From Alphaproteobacteria bacterium (GTDB lineage Bacteria; Pseudomonadota; Alphaproteobacteria; UBA828): a DNA stretch of 64,000 bases. The DNA is taken from contig CBDCRW010000007.1 of NCBI GenBank assembly GCA_965221125.1, positions 448,001 through 512,000 of the forward strand, read 5' to 3'. Made by a program: the position numbers and the translations under genes. Position 1 is the first letter of the stretch, and each line of letters begins with the position of its first letter. Shown here piece by piece: positions 53,228 to 62,495 of this stretch. Below the pieces are notes generated by a model. That model had not been told where the DNA came from and made no database searches. It saw only the letters and a list, made by a program, of their open reading frames with translations.

Positions 53228-53337
53228 CGTGAATTCACTGGCGGCCGCCGGCAGCCGTCGCACTGCACCGACCGAGGAAAATCGCCCAAGCCGGCGAGGG
53301 GGCGAGCATTCGAGGAACGCAGGCGAGGGAGGAAAGC

Positions 53338-54645
53338 ATGCGCAAGACCAGTAACGACAAGAGCAAGACGGGCGTGAGCCGCCGCTCGGTCCTCAAGGGG
53401 ACGGCGGCCGCGGCCGGTGTCGCTGCGGCGACGCAGCTTAGCGGCGGATTCCCGACCGTGTGGTCGCAGGACATCAAGGACATCACCGTGCGTACAGTCG
53501 GCATGGCGGTGTCCAACATGAAGCCGCTCGAGGACATGGCCAACGAGGCTCTCGACTTCCAGGTCAGGCAGACCGCCGCCGAGATTCCGGCCATTCAGTC
53601 CCGCGCGCTGACGCAGCCCGACTCGGGCGACCTCTTCGAGCCGCCCTACATGCTCATGAAGTTCATGTGGCCGTCGGGCAACTTCCAGGCCTGGGACACC
53701 ACGAAGCTGCCCGAGTGGGATGCGGTGGTCGACCTCTACAAGGCGCCCGGCAAGATCTGGCCGGACGCCTGGTTCGGCGATGGCCAGAACCCGAGCACGG
53801 TGGCCTACACGTCCGGCATCGATGCGACCGACTTCGTCGACCCGGGCTCGACCCAGTGGATCACCAACCACCCGGTGCTGCACAATGCCGATACGCTCGG
53901 CATCAGGCCCGACCTGATCGGCCGGCCCATCGATACCTGGGCGGAGCTGATCAATCCGGAGTTCGCCGGCAAGGCGGCGCTCGTGGCCTTCCCGCAGATC
54001 GGCCTCATGGATGCCGCCCAGGCGTTCCAGGCCAACGGCGAGATCGAGTACGGCGACAAGGGCAACATGACCCGCGAGGAGATCGACTACTCCATCGACC
54101 GCCTCATCGAGCTCAAGGAGAATGGCCACTGGCGCGTCCTCTGGTCGACCTTCAACGAATCGGTCCAGCTCATGGTCGAGGGTGAGGTCGTCATCCAGTC
54201 CATGTGGTCGCCGGCGGTGACCGCCGTGCGTGAGCAGGGCGTGCCCTGCATCTACCAGGATCTGAAGGAAGGCTACCGCTCCTGGACCCTGGGGCATCTG
54301 CTGCCGAAGCACGTCGAAGGCAAGAAGCTCGGCGCCGTCTACGACTACGTGACCTGGTATCACTCGGGTCCGGCCGGCGCATTCTTCGCCCGCCAGGGCT
54401 ACTATGTGGTGACGCCCAGCAACACCCAGAAGTTCCTGCCCGAAGCCGAGTGGGATTTCTGGTTCGAGGGCAAGCCTGCCACGGTGGACATCTACAGCCC
54501 CTTCGGCAAGCTGATGGAGAAGCCGGGCGCGGTGCGCGACGGCGGCTCCTACAAGAACCGCATGGGCCGCGTCGCGGTGTGGAACTCGGTCATGGACGAG
54601 AACGAGTACCTCACCGACCGCTGGAACGAGTTCATCGCTGCCTGA
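53338..54645 (+). CDS. Tat-exported PotD/PotF-like substrate-binding protein
   Basis: SRRSVLK twin-arginine signal; NADTLGIRPDL, IQSMWSPAV, LKEGYR. Confidence 0.88.
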   Translation: MRKTSNDKSKTGVSRRSVLKGTAAAAGVAAATQLSGGFPTVWSQDIKDITVRTVGMAVSNMKPLEDMANEALDFQVRQTAAEIPAIQSRALTQPDSGDLFEPPYMLMKFMWPSGNFQAWDTTKLPEWDAVVDLYKAPGKIWPDAWFGDGQNPSTVAYTSGIDATDFVDPGSTQWITNHPVLHNADTLGIRPDLIGRPIDTWAELINPEFAGKAALVAFPQIGLMDAAQAFQANGEIEYGDKGNMTREEIDYSIDRLIELKENGHWRVLWSTFNESVQLMVEGEVVIQSMWSPAVTAVREQGVPCIYQDLKEGYRSWTLGHLLPKHVEGKKLGAVYDYVTWYHSGPAGAFFARQGYYVVTPSNTQKFLPEAEWDFWFEGKPATVDIYSPFGKLMEKPGAVRDGGSYKNRMGRVAVWNSVMDENEYLTDRWNEFIAA

Positions 54646-54663
54646 GGCAGCGAGCCCGCAGTT

Positions 54664-54706
54664 GGGGGTGCGGGGCGCCGGGGCGCTCCGCACCCTCGCT
54701 TTCTTT
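54664..54706 (+). terminator. GC-rich hairpin with U-rich tail after the SBP gene
   Basis: GGGGGTGCGGGGCGCC / GGCGCTCCGCACCCTC stem followed by GCTTTCTTT. Confidence 0.6.
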
Positions 54707-54747
54707 GCTAAATTCCGAAGCCCAACAGTGGCGAAGAGTCAGCAATA

Positions 54748-55617
54748 ATGGCGGCGGTCAACGCTTTCTTGAAACGCTACGCGACGGCGCTGCAGATCTC
54801 GCCGCTGCTGATCACGCTGCTGTTCTTCCTCATCGGGCCGGTGATCGTGATCCTGATCATCAGTCTGTGGAATTTCAACGGCTTCATGATGGTGGAGGGC
54901 GACTGGACCTTCTCCAACTACATTAAATTGTTCTCGAAAAATCTGACTTTCGACAACTATGTGCAGACCTTGAAGATGCTGGCGATCACGCTGGCGATCA
55001 CGACGGTTCTCGGCTTTACTCTCGCCTATTTTCTTGTTTTCGACCTCATTCAACTCAGGACCAAGCTGCTTCTCTTCCTGCTTTGCGTCGTTCCGTTCTG
55101 GACCTCCGGCGTCATCCGCATGGTCGCCTGGATACCGTTCCTGGGGAAGGAAGGCATCATCAATCAGGCGGTGATGGCGGTTGGCATAACCGACACGCCG
55201 CTCCAATTCCTCCTGTTCTCGGAATTTGCGGTTTTCTTGTCTTACGTTCAGATATTCACGCTCTTCATGATGGCGCCGCTTTTCAACGTCATGGCGCGGA
55301 TCAACCGCGACCTGATCGAGGCGGCGCGCGATAACGGTGCCAACGGGATCCAGATCCTGTGGCACGTCATCATTCCGCTCTGCAAGCCGGGGCTTGCCAT
55401 CGGGGCGATCTTCGTCATCGCGCTGGTGGCGAGCGACTTCACGGCGATCCGCATCCTCAGCGGCGCGCGGGTCGGCACGGTCATGGCTTCGATGAGCAAC
55501 CAGATTTACAATGTGCAGTATCCGCCGGCGTCCGCCTCGGCCATCGTCCTGATGCTGGCCGTGCTGATTATCGTCGGCATCATCATGCGCCTCGTCGACG
55601 TGCGAAAGCAGCTTTAG
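54748..55617 (+). CDS. PotB-like ABC permease
   Basis: VPFWTS.VIR..AW, EAARDNGA, VIIPLCKPG. Confidence 0.9.
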   Translation: MAAVNAFLKRYATALQISPLLITLLFFLIGPVIVILIISLWNFNGFMMVEGDWTFSNYIKLFSKNLTFDNYVQTLKMLAITLAITTVLGFTLAYFLVFDLIQLRTKLLLFLLCVVPFWTSGVIRMVAWIPFLGKEGIINQAVMAVGITDTPLQFLLFSEFAVFLSYVQIFTLFMMAPLFNVMARINRDLIEAARDNGANGIQILWHVIIPLCKPGLAIGAIFVIALVASDFTAIRILSGARVGTVMASMSNQIYNVQYPPASASAIVLMLAVLIIVGIIMRLVDVRKQL

Positions 55618-55619
55618 CC

Positions 55620-56483
55620 ATGGGCCACGAAACCAGACGAGCGCGGGGCTACTGGGCGCGCGCGACAATCTTCTACCTCTACCTTCTGTTCCTCTATGGG
55701 CCCATCATCATCATCGTGGTGCTCTCGTTCCAGGACGACGGCGCCTCGCTCTCCTTCCCGATGCAGGGCTTCTCGCTCTTCTGGTTCAAGGAGGTGATCG
55801 ACCCGTCCTACATCGGCGACTTCCGCTGGCCGTTCGGGCGCTCGCTCATCCTTGGCCTGATCGTGATGTTCCTCACCATGGGCATCTCGTTCCTCGCCGG
55901 TCTCGCGTTCCGCAAGAATTTTACGGGCAACATCGTGGTCTTCTACATCGTCGTGGCCAGCCTGATCTGCCCGTCGATCCTGATCAGCCTGGGCATCGGG
56001 CTGGGCTTCTCGAACCTGGGGATGACCAGCCAGTGGTGGTCCGGGGCGCTGGGCGCGCACCTGAGCTGGACGCTGCCCTTCGGCGTGCTGATCATGCTTG
56101 CGGTGTTCAGCCGGCTCGACCCGAGGCTCGAGGAAGCGGCCAAGGACCAGGGGGCGACCCAGTGGCAGACGCTCCGCAACGTGATCATCCCGATCACGCT
56201 GCCGGGGCTGATCGGTGTCGCGCTCTTCGGCTTCACGCTCTCCTACGACGAGTTCCCGCGCACGTCATCGGTGGCAGGCGAGTTCAACACGCTCCCGGTC
56301 GAGCTCGTGAACACGCTCACGCTGGCGGCGACGCCGGCGATCTACGCCATCGGCACCATGACGACCGTGTTCTCGCTCGTGGTGATCTTCGTGAGCTTCT
56401 TGGCTGTCTACATCATTCAGAAACGGCGGACCGGCGCCGGGTTCAACATCGCAAGGAAGGCCGGGAAGGCGTCGGACGGCTAG
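55620..56483 (+). CDS. PotC-like ABC permease
   Basis: FLYGP, GFSL.WF, LEEAAKDQGA, FTLSYDEF. Confidence 0.9.
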   Translation: MGHETRRARGYWARATIFYLYLLFLYGPIIIIVVLSFQDDGASLSFPMQGFSLFWFKEVIDPSYIGDFRWPFGRSLILGLIVMFLTMGISFLAGLAFRKNFTGNIVVFYIVVASLICPSILISLGIGLGFSNLGMTSQWWSGALGAHLSWTLPFGVLIMLAVFSRLDPRLEEAAKDQGATQWQTLRNVIIPITLPGLIGVALFGFTLSYDEFPRTSSVAGEFNTLPVELVNTLTLAATPAIYAIGTMTTVFSLVVIFVSFLAVYIIQKRRTGAGFNIARKAGKASDG

Positions 56484-56597
56484 GCCGGGCGGCCATCGCG
56501 GGCAGAGGCCGGCGCGGAGCCCTGAGGGCCGCCGGCCGCCGCGGCGCGCTTGCCCGGCTGCGCGCGTATCCGAACCCGGCGACCGGAAGGAGGAAGC

Positions 56598-58652
56598 ATG
56601 GCTTTTCGCTTAGGCGTCGACGTCGGCGGCACGTTTACCGATCTCCTGCTGATCGACGAATCGAGCGGCGGCACCTTCCGCGCGAAGGTGCCCTCCACCC
56701 CGCACGATTCCTCGATCGGCGTGCTCAACGGCATCGAGCGGGTGTGCGACACCGCCGGCGTCGAGCCGGCCCAGATCACCCACGTCATGCACGGCACGAC
56801 GGTCGCCACCAACACCATCCTCGAAGGCAAGGGCGCCAAGGTCGGCCTGGTGACCAGCGAGGGCTACGGGCAGATGCTGCAGATCGCCCGCTCCTTCGTG
56901 CCCGGCATCCTCGCCGGCTGGATCATCTGGCCGAAGCCCGAGCCGCTGGCGCCGCTGGAGCTGACGGTCGAGGCCAGGGAGCGCACCAGTGCGCGCGGCG
57001 AGGTCGTCCGCGAGCTGAACGAGGACGACCTGCGCGAGAAGCTGGGCCACCTCAAGGCGCAGGGGATCGAGGCGCTGACCGTCTGCCTGATGAACGCGTA
57101 TGCGGGCGGCATCCACGAGGAGCAGATCCGCGCGGTCGCTGCTGAGGTGATGCCCGGCCTGCCGGTCTCCATCTCCTCCGAGGTGCTGCCGGAGATGTAC
57201 GAGTACGAGCGCGCCATCACCACGGTCGCCAACTCCTACGTGGCGCCGGTGGTGCAGGTCTACGTCAGCAACCTGGAGCAGGAGCTGAAGCAGCGGAAGA
57301 TCGACGCCCACCTGCACATCCTGCGCTCGGACGGCGGCCTCGCCTCGGTCGACGCGAGCCGCAACTCGCCGGTGAACGTGCTGATGAGCGGCCCGGCCGG
57401 CGGCGTCGCCGGCGCGCTCTGGATCGCCAAGCAGGCCGGCTACCGCAACCTGCTCACCCTCGACATGGGCGGCACGTCGACCGACGTAGCCCTGATCCTC
57501 GACGGCGTGCCGCGCAAGCGGCGCGAGACCACGGTGGGCGACGTGACCGTGCGCGCGCCTTCGCTCGACGTGCGGACCGTGGGCGCGGGCGGCGGCTCGA
57601 TCGCCCACGTGCCCGAGATCACCCGCGCGCTCCGCGTCGGGCCGCAGAGCGCGGGCGCCAATCCCGGCCCGGCGGCCTACGGGATGGGCGGCGACCAGCC
57701 GACCGTGACCGACGCCAACGTCGTGCTCGGCTACCTGCCGAGCGAGCTGATCGGCGGCGAGATGCAGCTCGATGTCGACGCGGCCACCGACGCGGTGCAG
57801 ACCGTGGCCACGGCCCTGGGTCTCGATCTCAAGCGGGCCGCCGCCGGGATCATCGACATCGTGAACGAGAACATGTTCGGCGCGCTCCGGCTGGTCTCGG
57901 TGCAGCAGGGCTTCGATCCGCGCGACTTCGCGCTGATCGCCTTCGGCGGCGCCGGGCCCCTGCACGCCAACGCGCTCGCCAAGCTGATGAACTCGTGGCC
58001 GGTCATCATCCCGCCCTCGCCCGGCGTGCTCTGCGCCTACGGCGATGCGACGACGCGGGTCACCGACGAGGCCTCCATGAGCTTCGTGCGCCGCTTCTCG
58101 GAGACCTCCGACGCCGAGGTGCGCGGCATTCTCGACGATCTCGAGACCCGCGCCCGGCAGGAGCTGGATGCCGAGGGCATCGCGCGCGAGGACCAGTCCG
58201 TGCAGTACGAGGTGGACCTGCGCTACCACGGCCAGGGGCTGCAGCTTCCGGTGAGCTTTTCCGGGGACGAGTTCGAGAAGAACGGGCTCGGCTACCTCGC
58301 CAGGCAGTTCGACGACGAGCACACGCAGCTCTTCACCTTCGCGCTCGATGCCGAGCACGAGATCGTTACGCTGCGCGCCATCGTGCAGGGCGCCGAGACC
58401 TTCGTCGAGGCCGGCCACGTGGCGGAGGGCGGGGCCGACCCGTCGGCGGCCAAGGTTGCGAGCGGCACGGTTTACGTCGACAATCGCGACCGGGACGCCG
58501 CGATCTACGACCGCGCGAAGCTTGAGGCCGGCAACAGGATCGAGGGGCCGGCGATCGTGACCGAGATGGATTCGACCACCGTCATCCTGCCGGGCCACGT
58601 CGGCGTGGTCGACGGCTACGGCAACATCATCATCAACCCGATCGGCCACTGA
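56598..58652 (+). CDS. Hydantoinase/oxoprolinase subunit A (ATP-dependent lactamase alpha-like)
   Basis: RLGVDVGGTFTD, HGTTVATN, SGPAGGV, DMGGTSTDV, GAGGGSIA, FGGAGPLH. Confidence 0.92.
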   Translation: MAFRLGVDVGGTFTDLLLIDESSGGTFRAKVPSTPHDSSIGVLNGIERVCDTAGVEPAQITHVMHGTTVATNTILEGKGAKVGLVTSEGYGQMLQIARSFVPGILAGWIIWPKPEPLAPLELTVEARERTSARGEVVRELNEDDLREKLGHLKAQGIEALTVCLMNAYAGGIHEEQIRAVAAEVMPGLPVSISSEVLPEMYEYERAITTVANSYVAPVVQVYVSNLEQELKQRKIDAHLHILRSDGGLASVDASRNSPVNVLMSGPAGGVAGALWIAKQAGYRNLLTLDMGGTSTDVALILDGVPRKRRETTVGDVTVRAPSLDVRTVGAGGGSIAHVPEITRALRVGPQSAGANPGPAAYGMGGDQPTVTDANVVLGYLPSELIGGEMQLDVDAATDAVQTVATALGLDLKRAAAGIIDIVNENMFGALRLVSVQQGFDPRDFALIAFGGAGPLHANALAKLMNSWPVIIPPSPGVLCAYGDATTRVTDEASMSFVRRFSETSDAEVRGILDDLETRARQELDAEGIAREDQSVQYEVDLRYHGQGLQLPVSFSGDEFEKNGLGYLARQFDDEHTQLFTFALDAEHEIVTLRAIVQGAETFVEAGHVAEGGADPSAAKVASGTVYVDNRDRDAAIYDRAKLEAGNRIEGPAIVTEMDSTTVILPGHVGVVDGYGNIIINPIGH

Positions 58653-58669
58653 GACTGGGGAGGAGCGAC

Positions 58670-60595
58670 ATGCCAGTCACTATCGTTCAGACCAACGACG
58701 CACCCTTCGAGCCGGTCGACATCGACCCGATCACTCTCGACATCATCGAGAGCGCGCTGCGCAGCGCCCGCTACGAGATGGACGCCGTGCTCTACCGCAC
58801 CGCCATGTCGCCGGGAATCCGGGAGCAGCACGACGAGTTCCCGATGATCGCGAACCCCGAGGGCAAGATGGTGGTGGGCCAGTTCGGCTCGTTCATCCAC
58901 GGCTTCAAGCGGGAGTACGACGGGACCATCGAGGAGGGCGACATCTTCCTCACCTCCGATCCCTACAGCTGCGCCGGCGCCATCAGCCACGCGCCGGACT
59001 GGCTGATCCTGCGCCCGGTCTACCGCGACGGCCGGCTCATCGCCTACGCCTCGATGTTCGGCCACATGACCGACGTCGGCGGCAAGGTGCCGGGGAGCCT
59101 GCCCACCGACGCCAACCAGATCTACGAGGAAGGCGTCGTCATCCCGGTGGTCAAGATCTACAAGAACGACGAGCTGCAGGAGGACGTGCTCAAGGTCATC
59201 CTGCACCAGTGCCGGATGCCGCAGTGGAACCGGAGCGACTTCAACGCGCTGGTCGCCGCCGTGCGCCTCGCCGAGAAGCGCATTCACGAGCTTTGCGACC
59301 GCTTCGGCGTCGATACCCTGATCGGGGCGATGGGCGAGCTGCTGGAACGCAACCGCCGCGCCATGCTGCACCTCATCCGCAACACCGTGGGCGAGGACGA
59401 GACCCTCTACTTCGAGGACTACATCTGCGACGACGGCCTCGGCATGGGGCCGTACAAGATGGCGTGCAAGATGTGGCGCGACGGCGACGTGCTGGTCTTC
59501 GACTTCGACGGCACCGATCCGCAGTCGGAAAGCTCGATCAACTTCTTCCTCAACGAGGAAATGTTCAAGATGTTCGTCGGCGTCTACATGATCAACGTCT
59601 TCGATCCGCAGATCATGTTCAACGACGGCTTCTACGACCACGTCGACGTGCGGATTCCGCCGGGCACGCTGCTGAAGCCGCTGAAGCCCGCCGCGCTCTC
59701 GTCGCGCACCCATGCGCTGGGGCGCATCTTCGACGTGCTCGGCGGCCTGCTCGGCCAGCGCGCGCCCAACCTCATGGTGGCGGCCGGTTTTTCGGACAGC
59801 CCGCACTTCATGTACTCGGGCTATTCGAGCGAGGGCGAGTGGTACCAGCTCTACCAGATCGGCTTCGGCGGGATTCCCGGCCGGCCGGCGGGCGACGGCC
59901 CCGACGGGCACTCGCTCTGGCCCTCCTTCACCAACGTGCCGAACGAGTTCCTGGAGGCGTACTTCCCGCTCCGCATCGAGGTCTACGAGACCATCGCGGA
60001 TTCAGGCGGGCCGGGGCTGCATCGGGGCGGCAACGGCGTCACCATCGGCTACCGGGCGCTCGAGCCCGGCGAGATGTCGCTGCACGACGACCGCTGGCTC
60101 ACCTACCCGTGGGGTGTGAACGGCGGCCTGCCGGGCGGGCGCAGCCGGAAGGAGATCCACCGCGCGGACGGCACATTCGAGGTGCTGCCGTCCAAGTGCG
60201 ACCACGTGAAGGTCGAGGCCGGCGACCTGCTGCTCTTCAAGACCTGGGGCGGCGGCGGCTGGGGCGACCCGTACGAGCGCGACCCGGCGCTGGTGGCGCT
60301 GGAGGTCGAGCGCGGGCTGGTCACGCGGGCCGGCGCCGAGCGCTACGGCGTGGTGCTGCGGGACGATCTGATGGTGGACGAAGAGGCGACGCAAGCGCTT
60401 CGCGAAAAGCTCCGCGCCGCACGCGGCGAGGTCAAGCTCTTCGATCGCGGCGGCACCGTGGAGGAGCTGCGCGGGCGCTGCCTGGACGAGACCGAGCTTG
60501 CGCCGCCCAAGCCGCCGGAGTTCAACCGGCGCGTGCTGCGCTTCCTGCAGGAGCGCGAAGCCAAGGCCGCCGAGGCCGGCGCCGCAGCGGAGTAG
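58670..60595 (+). CDS. Hydantoinase B/oxoprolinase subunit (lactamase beta-like)
   Basis: DPITLDII, RTAMSPGIREQHD, SDPY...SH.PD, GHMTDVGG.VPGS, GGGGWGDP. Confidence 0.92.
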   Translation: MPVTIVQTNDAPFEPVDIDPITLDIIESALRSARYEMDAVLYRTAMSPGIREQHDEFPMIANPEGKMVVGQFGSFIHGFKREYDGTIEEGDIFLTSDPYSCAGAISHAPDWLILRPVYRDGRLIAYASMFGHMTDVGGKVPGSLPTDANQIYEEGVVIPVVKIYKNDELQEDVLKVILHQCRMPQWNRSDFNALVAAVRLAEKRIHELCDRFGVDTLIGAMGELLERNRRAMLHLIRNTVGEDETLYFEDYICDDGLGMGPYKMACKMWRDGDVLVFDFDGTDPQSESSINFFLNEEMFKMFVGVYMINVFDPQIMFNDGFYDHVDVRIPPGTLLKPLKPAALSSRTHALGRIFDVLGGLLGQRAPNLMVAAGFSDSPHFMYSGYSSEGEWYQLYQIGFGGIPGRPAGDGPDGHSLWPSFTNVPNEFLEAYFPLRIEVYETIADSGGPGLHRGGNGVTIGYRALEPGEMSLHDDRWLTYPWGVNGGLPGGRSRKEIHRADGTFEVLPSKCDHVKVEAGDLLLFKTWGGGGWGDPYERDPALVALEVERGLVTRAGAERYGVVLRDDLMVDEEATQALREKLRAARGEVKLFDRGGTVEELRGRCLDETELAPPKPPEFNRRVLRFLQEREAKAAEAGAAAE

Positions 60596-60615
60596 GGCGC
60601 CCGGCCCACCTCAGC

Positions 60616-60656
60616 GACGACGGGCCCTGCCGGAGACGGCGGGGCCTTCGTCTGTT
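60616..60656 (+). terminator. Hairpin terminator between convergent genes
   Basis: GACGACGGGCCCTGCCG-GAGA-CGGCGGGGCCTTCGTC followed by TGTT. Confidence 0.55.
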
Positions 60657-60679
60657 CCGGCCGGCTCGGAGGCGGCCGG

Positions 60680-62422
60680 TCAAGCCACCGCGGGGCGTGC
60701 GACGTCGCGTCCGCGCGCGTCCACCGCGCGCTGGTACGACATCAGCGCATGGTGCAGGCCGTCTCCCGGATAGCGGAACGCTTCGGGTATGGAGTCGTAG
60801 TGCCGCCGGGCGCGCTCGAACGACGCCTGTCGGCGGCTCCCGAATTCCTCCGCCGCCGAAGCGGGACCAGGAGCGGCCGCCTGAAATCTCTCCAGCTCCA
60901 CCCTGAGGAAGCTCAGAAAGTCGTGGATGGCGATCTGCTGACGGCCGATCCGCTCGAAGTGGTGCCCCATGGCCGCCAGGTAGATCGCGTCCCCGAGCAT
61001 ACGCGGATGGTCCCTGGTCACCTTGCCGATGAACTTAGAGAAGGCGGGGATCTGTTTGGCGGAGAGGCAGCGGCGCACGCCCATGAGGGCGCCAAAAATC
61101 TCGTCCTTGCTCCTCGGTTTGCGCAGGTGCGGGGCAGGCTTCCAGTGCCGGAACAGGGTCAGGCAGCGCTCGAAGTAGCTCTCCAGTGTGGGATCGTAGA
61201 GCGAGGCGATCACCCGCTTGTATCCCTCGATCAGCGTCCGGTAGTCCATCTCCGTCCTGAAATTGAGGGACATGGCGTTGGTGCCGATCGGCGACTCGAG
61301 AAGCCGGTTCTCCGCCTTCATGCGCTCGTACATGTCCGTGCCCTTCAGGGCGGTCAGCAGGTAGATGGGCGCCACGGGAATGCCGGTCTGCTGGATGAAC
61401 TCGATCTGGGCGTCGAACACGCCCTCGCCGTCGCTATCCAGGCCCAGGATGAAACCGCCCTGCACCTGCATCCCGCACTGCTGGATCTTGCGGACGGCGC
61501 TGAAGAGGTAGTTCTCTTCGGTCTTGCTGGTGTTCTGCTGCTTCTTGGTCTTGATCAGGGCCTCGGGGTTGGGGGTCTCGATGCCGACGAACACGGTGTC
61601 GAAGCCGGCCTCGATCATGGCGTCCATCAGCTCTTCCAGCAGCGCGAGATTGGCACTCGCTTCCGTAATCAGCGTGAACGGATACCCCTTGGCCTTCTGC
61701 CACGCGGCGATCGCCGGCAGCAGGTTCATGGCATCGCGCTTGTTGCCGATGAAGTTGTCGTCGACCAGGAAGACGGGGCCGCGCCAGCCCAGCCGATAGA
61801 GCGAGTCCAGCTCGGCCACGACCTGCTCCGGCGCCTTGGTGCGCGGCACGCGGCCGTAGAGCTTGATGATGTCGCAGAACTCGCAGTCGAACGGGCAACC
61901 GCGGGAGAACTGCACGCTCATCGTGGCGTAGATATTCATGTCGATGAGGTCGAAGCGCGGGATCGGCGTGCCGGTCACGGCCGGCTTGCCGGTCTCCCGG
62001 TAGAGGGGTTTTGCCGTGCCCTCTTCCAGGTCCCGAAGGAATTCCGCGAATATCTCCTCCACCTCGCCCAGCACGAAGTGGTCCACGCCGGGGATGTCCT
62101 CGTGAAACGTGGTCGGGTGCGGCCCGCCGGCCACCACCGGAACGCCCGCGTCGTTGCAGCGCTCGACCACGGCTTGCAGCGACAGGTGGTGCGTGATCAT
62201 CGTGGACGTGAACACCAGGTCCGCCCACGCGAGGTCGGCGTCCTGCAGGGCGGTCACGTTCATGTCCACCACGCGGAGCGCGTAGTGCGGCGGGAACATC
62301 GCGGCGACGGTCAGCAGCCCCAGAGGCGGAAAGGTCGCCTTGATCCCCGACATCTCGAGCGCGTAGTCGGCCCCCCAGAAGGTGGGCGGCTGCTCCGGGT
62401 AGACGAGCAGAGCGTTTGGCAT
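60680..62422 (-). CDS. B12-binding radical SAM protein (HpnP/DUF4070-like methylase)
   Basis: PPLGLLTVAA, VAGGP, QFSRGCPFDCEFCDII (CxxxCxxC), VDDNFIGN, GFILGLD. Confidence 0.9.
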   Translation of the reverse strand: MPNALLVYPEQPPTFWGADYALEMSGIKATFPPLGLLTVAAMFPPHYALRVVDMNVTALQDADLAWADLVFTSTMITHHLSLQAVVERCNDAGVPVVAGGPHPTTFHEDIPGVDHFVLGEVEEIFAEFLRDLEEGTAKPLYRETGKPAVTGTPIPRFDLIDMNIYATMSVQFSRGCPFDCEFCDIIKLYGRVPRTKAPEQVVAELDSLYRLGWRGPVFLVDDNFIGNKRDAMNLLPAIAAWQKAKGYPFTLITEASANLALLEELMDAMIEAGFDTVFVGIETPNPEALIKTKKQQNTSKTEENYLFSAVRKIQQCGMQVQGGFILGLDSDGEGVFDAQIEFIQQTGIPVAPIYLLTALKGTDMYERMKAENRLLESPIGTNAMSLNFRTEMDYRTLIEGYKRVIASLYDPTLESYFERCLTLFRHWKPAPHLRKPRSKDEIFGALMGVRRCLSAKQIPAFSKFIGKVTRDHPRMLGDAIYLAAMGHHFERIGRQQIAIHDFLSFLRVELERFQAAAPGPASAAEEFGSRRQASFERARRHYDSIPEAFRYPGDGLHHALMSYQRAVDARGRDVARPAVA

Positions 62423-62495
62423 GGTCGTGACCGGCCCCTGTCACCTGGCCGGCTGGAATGTTAGTGCATTGCTGGCCTCCCGGCCAAGCGGTCGG

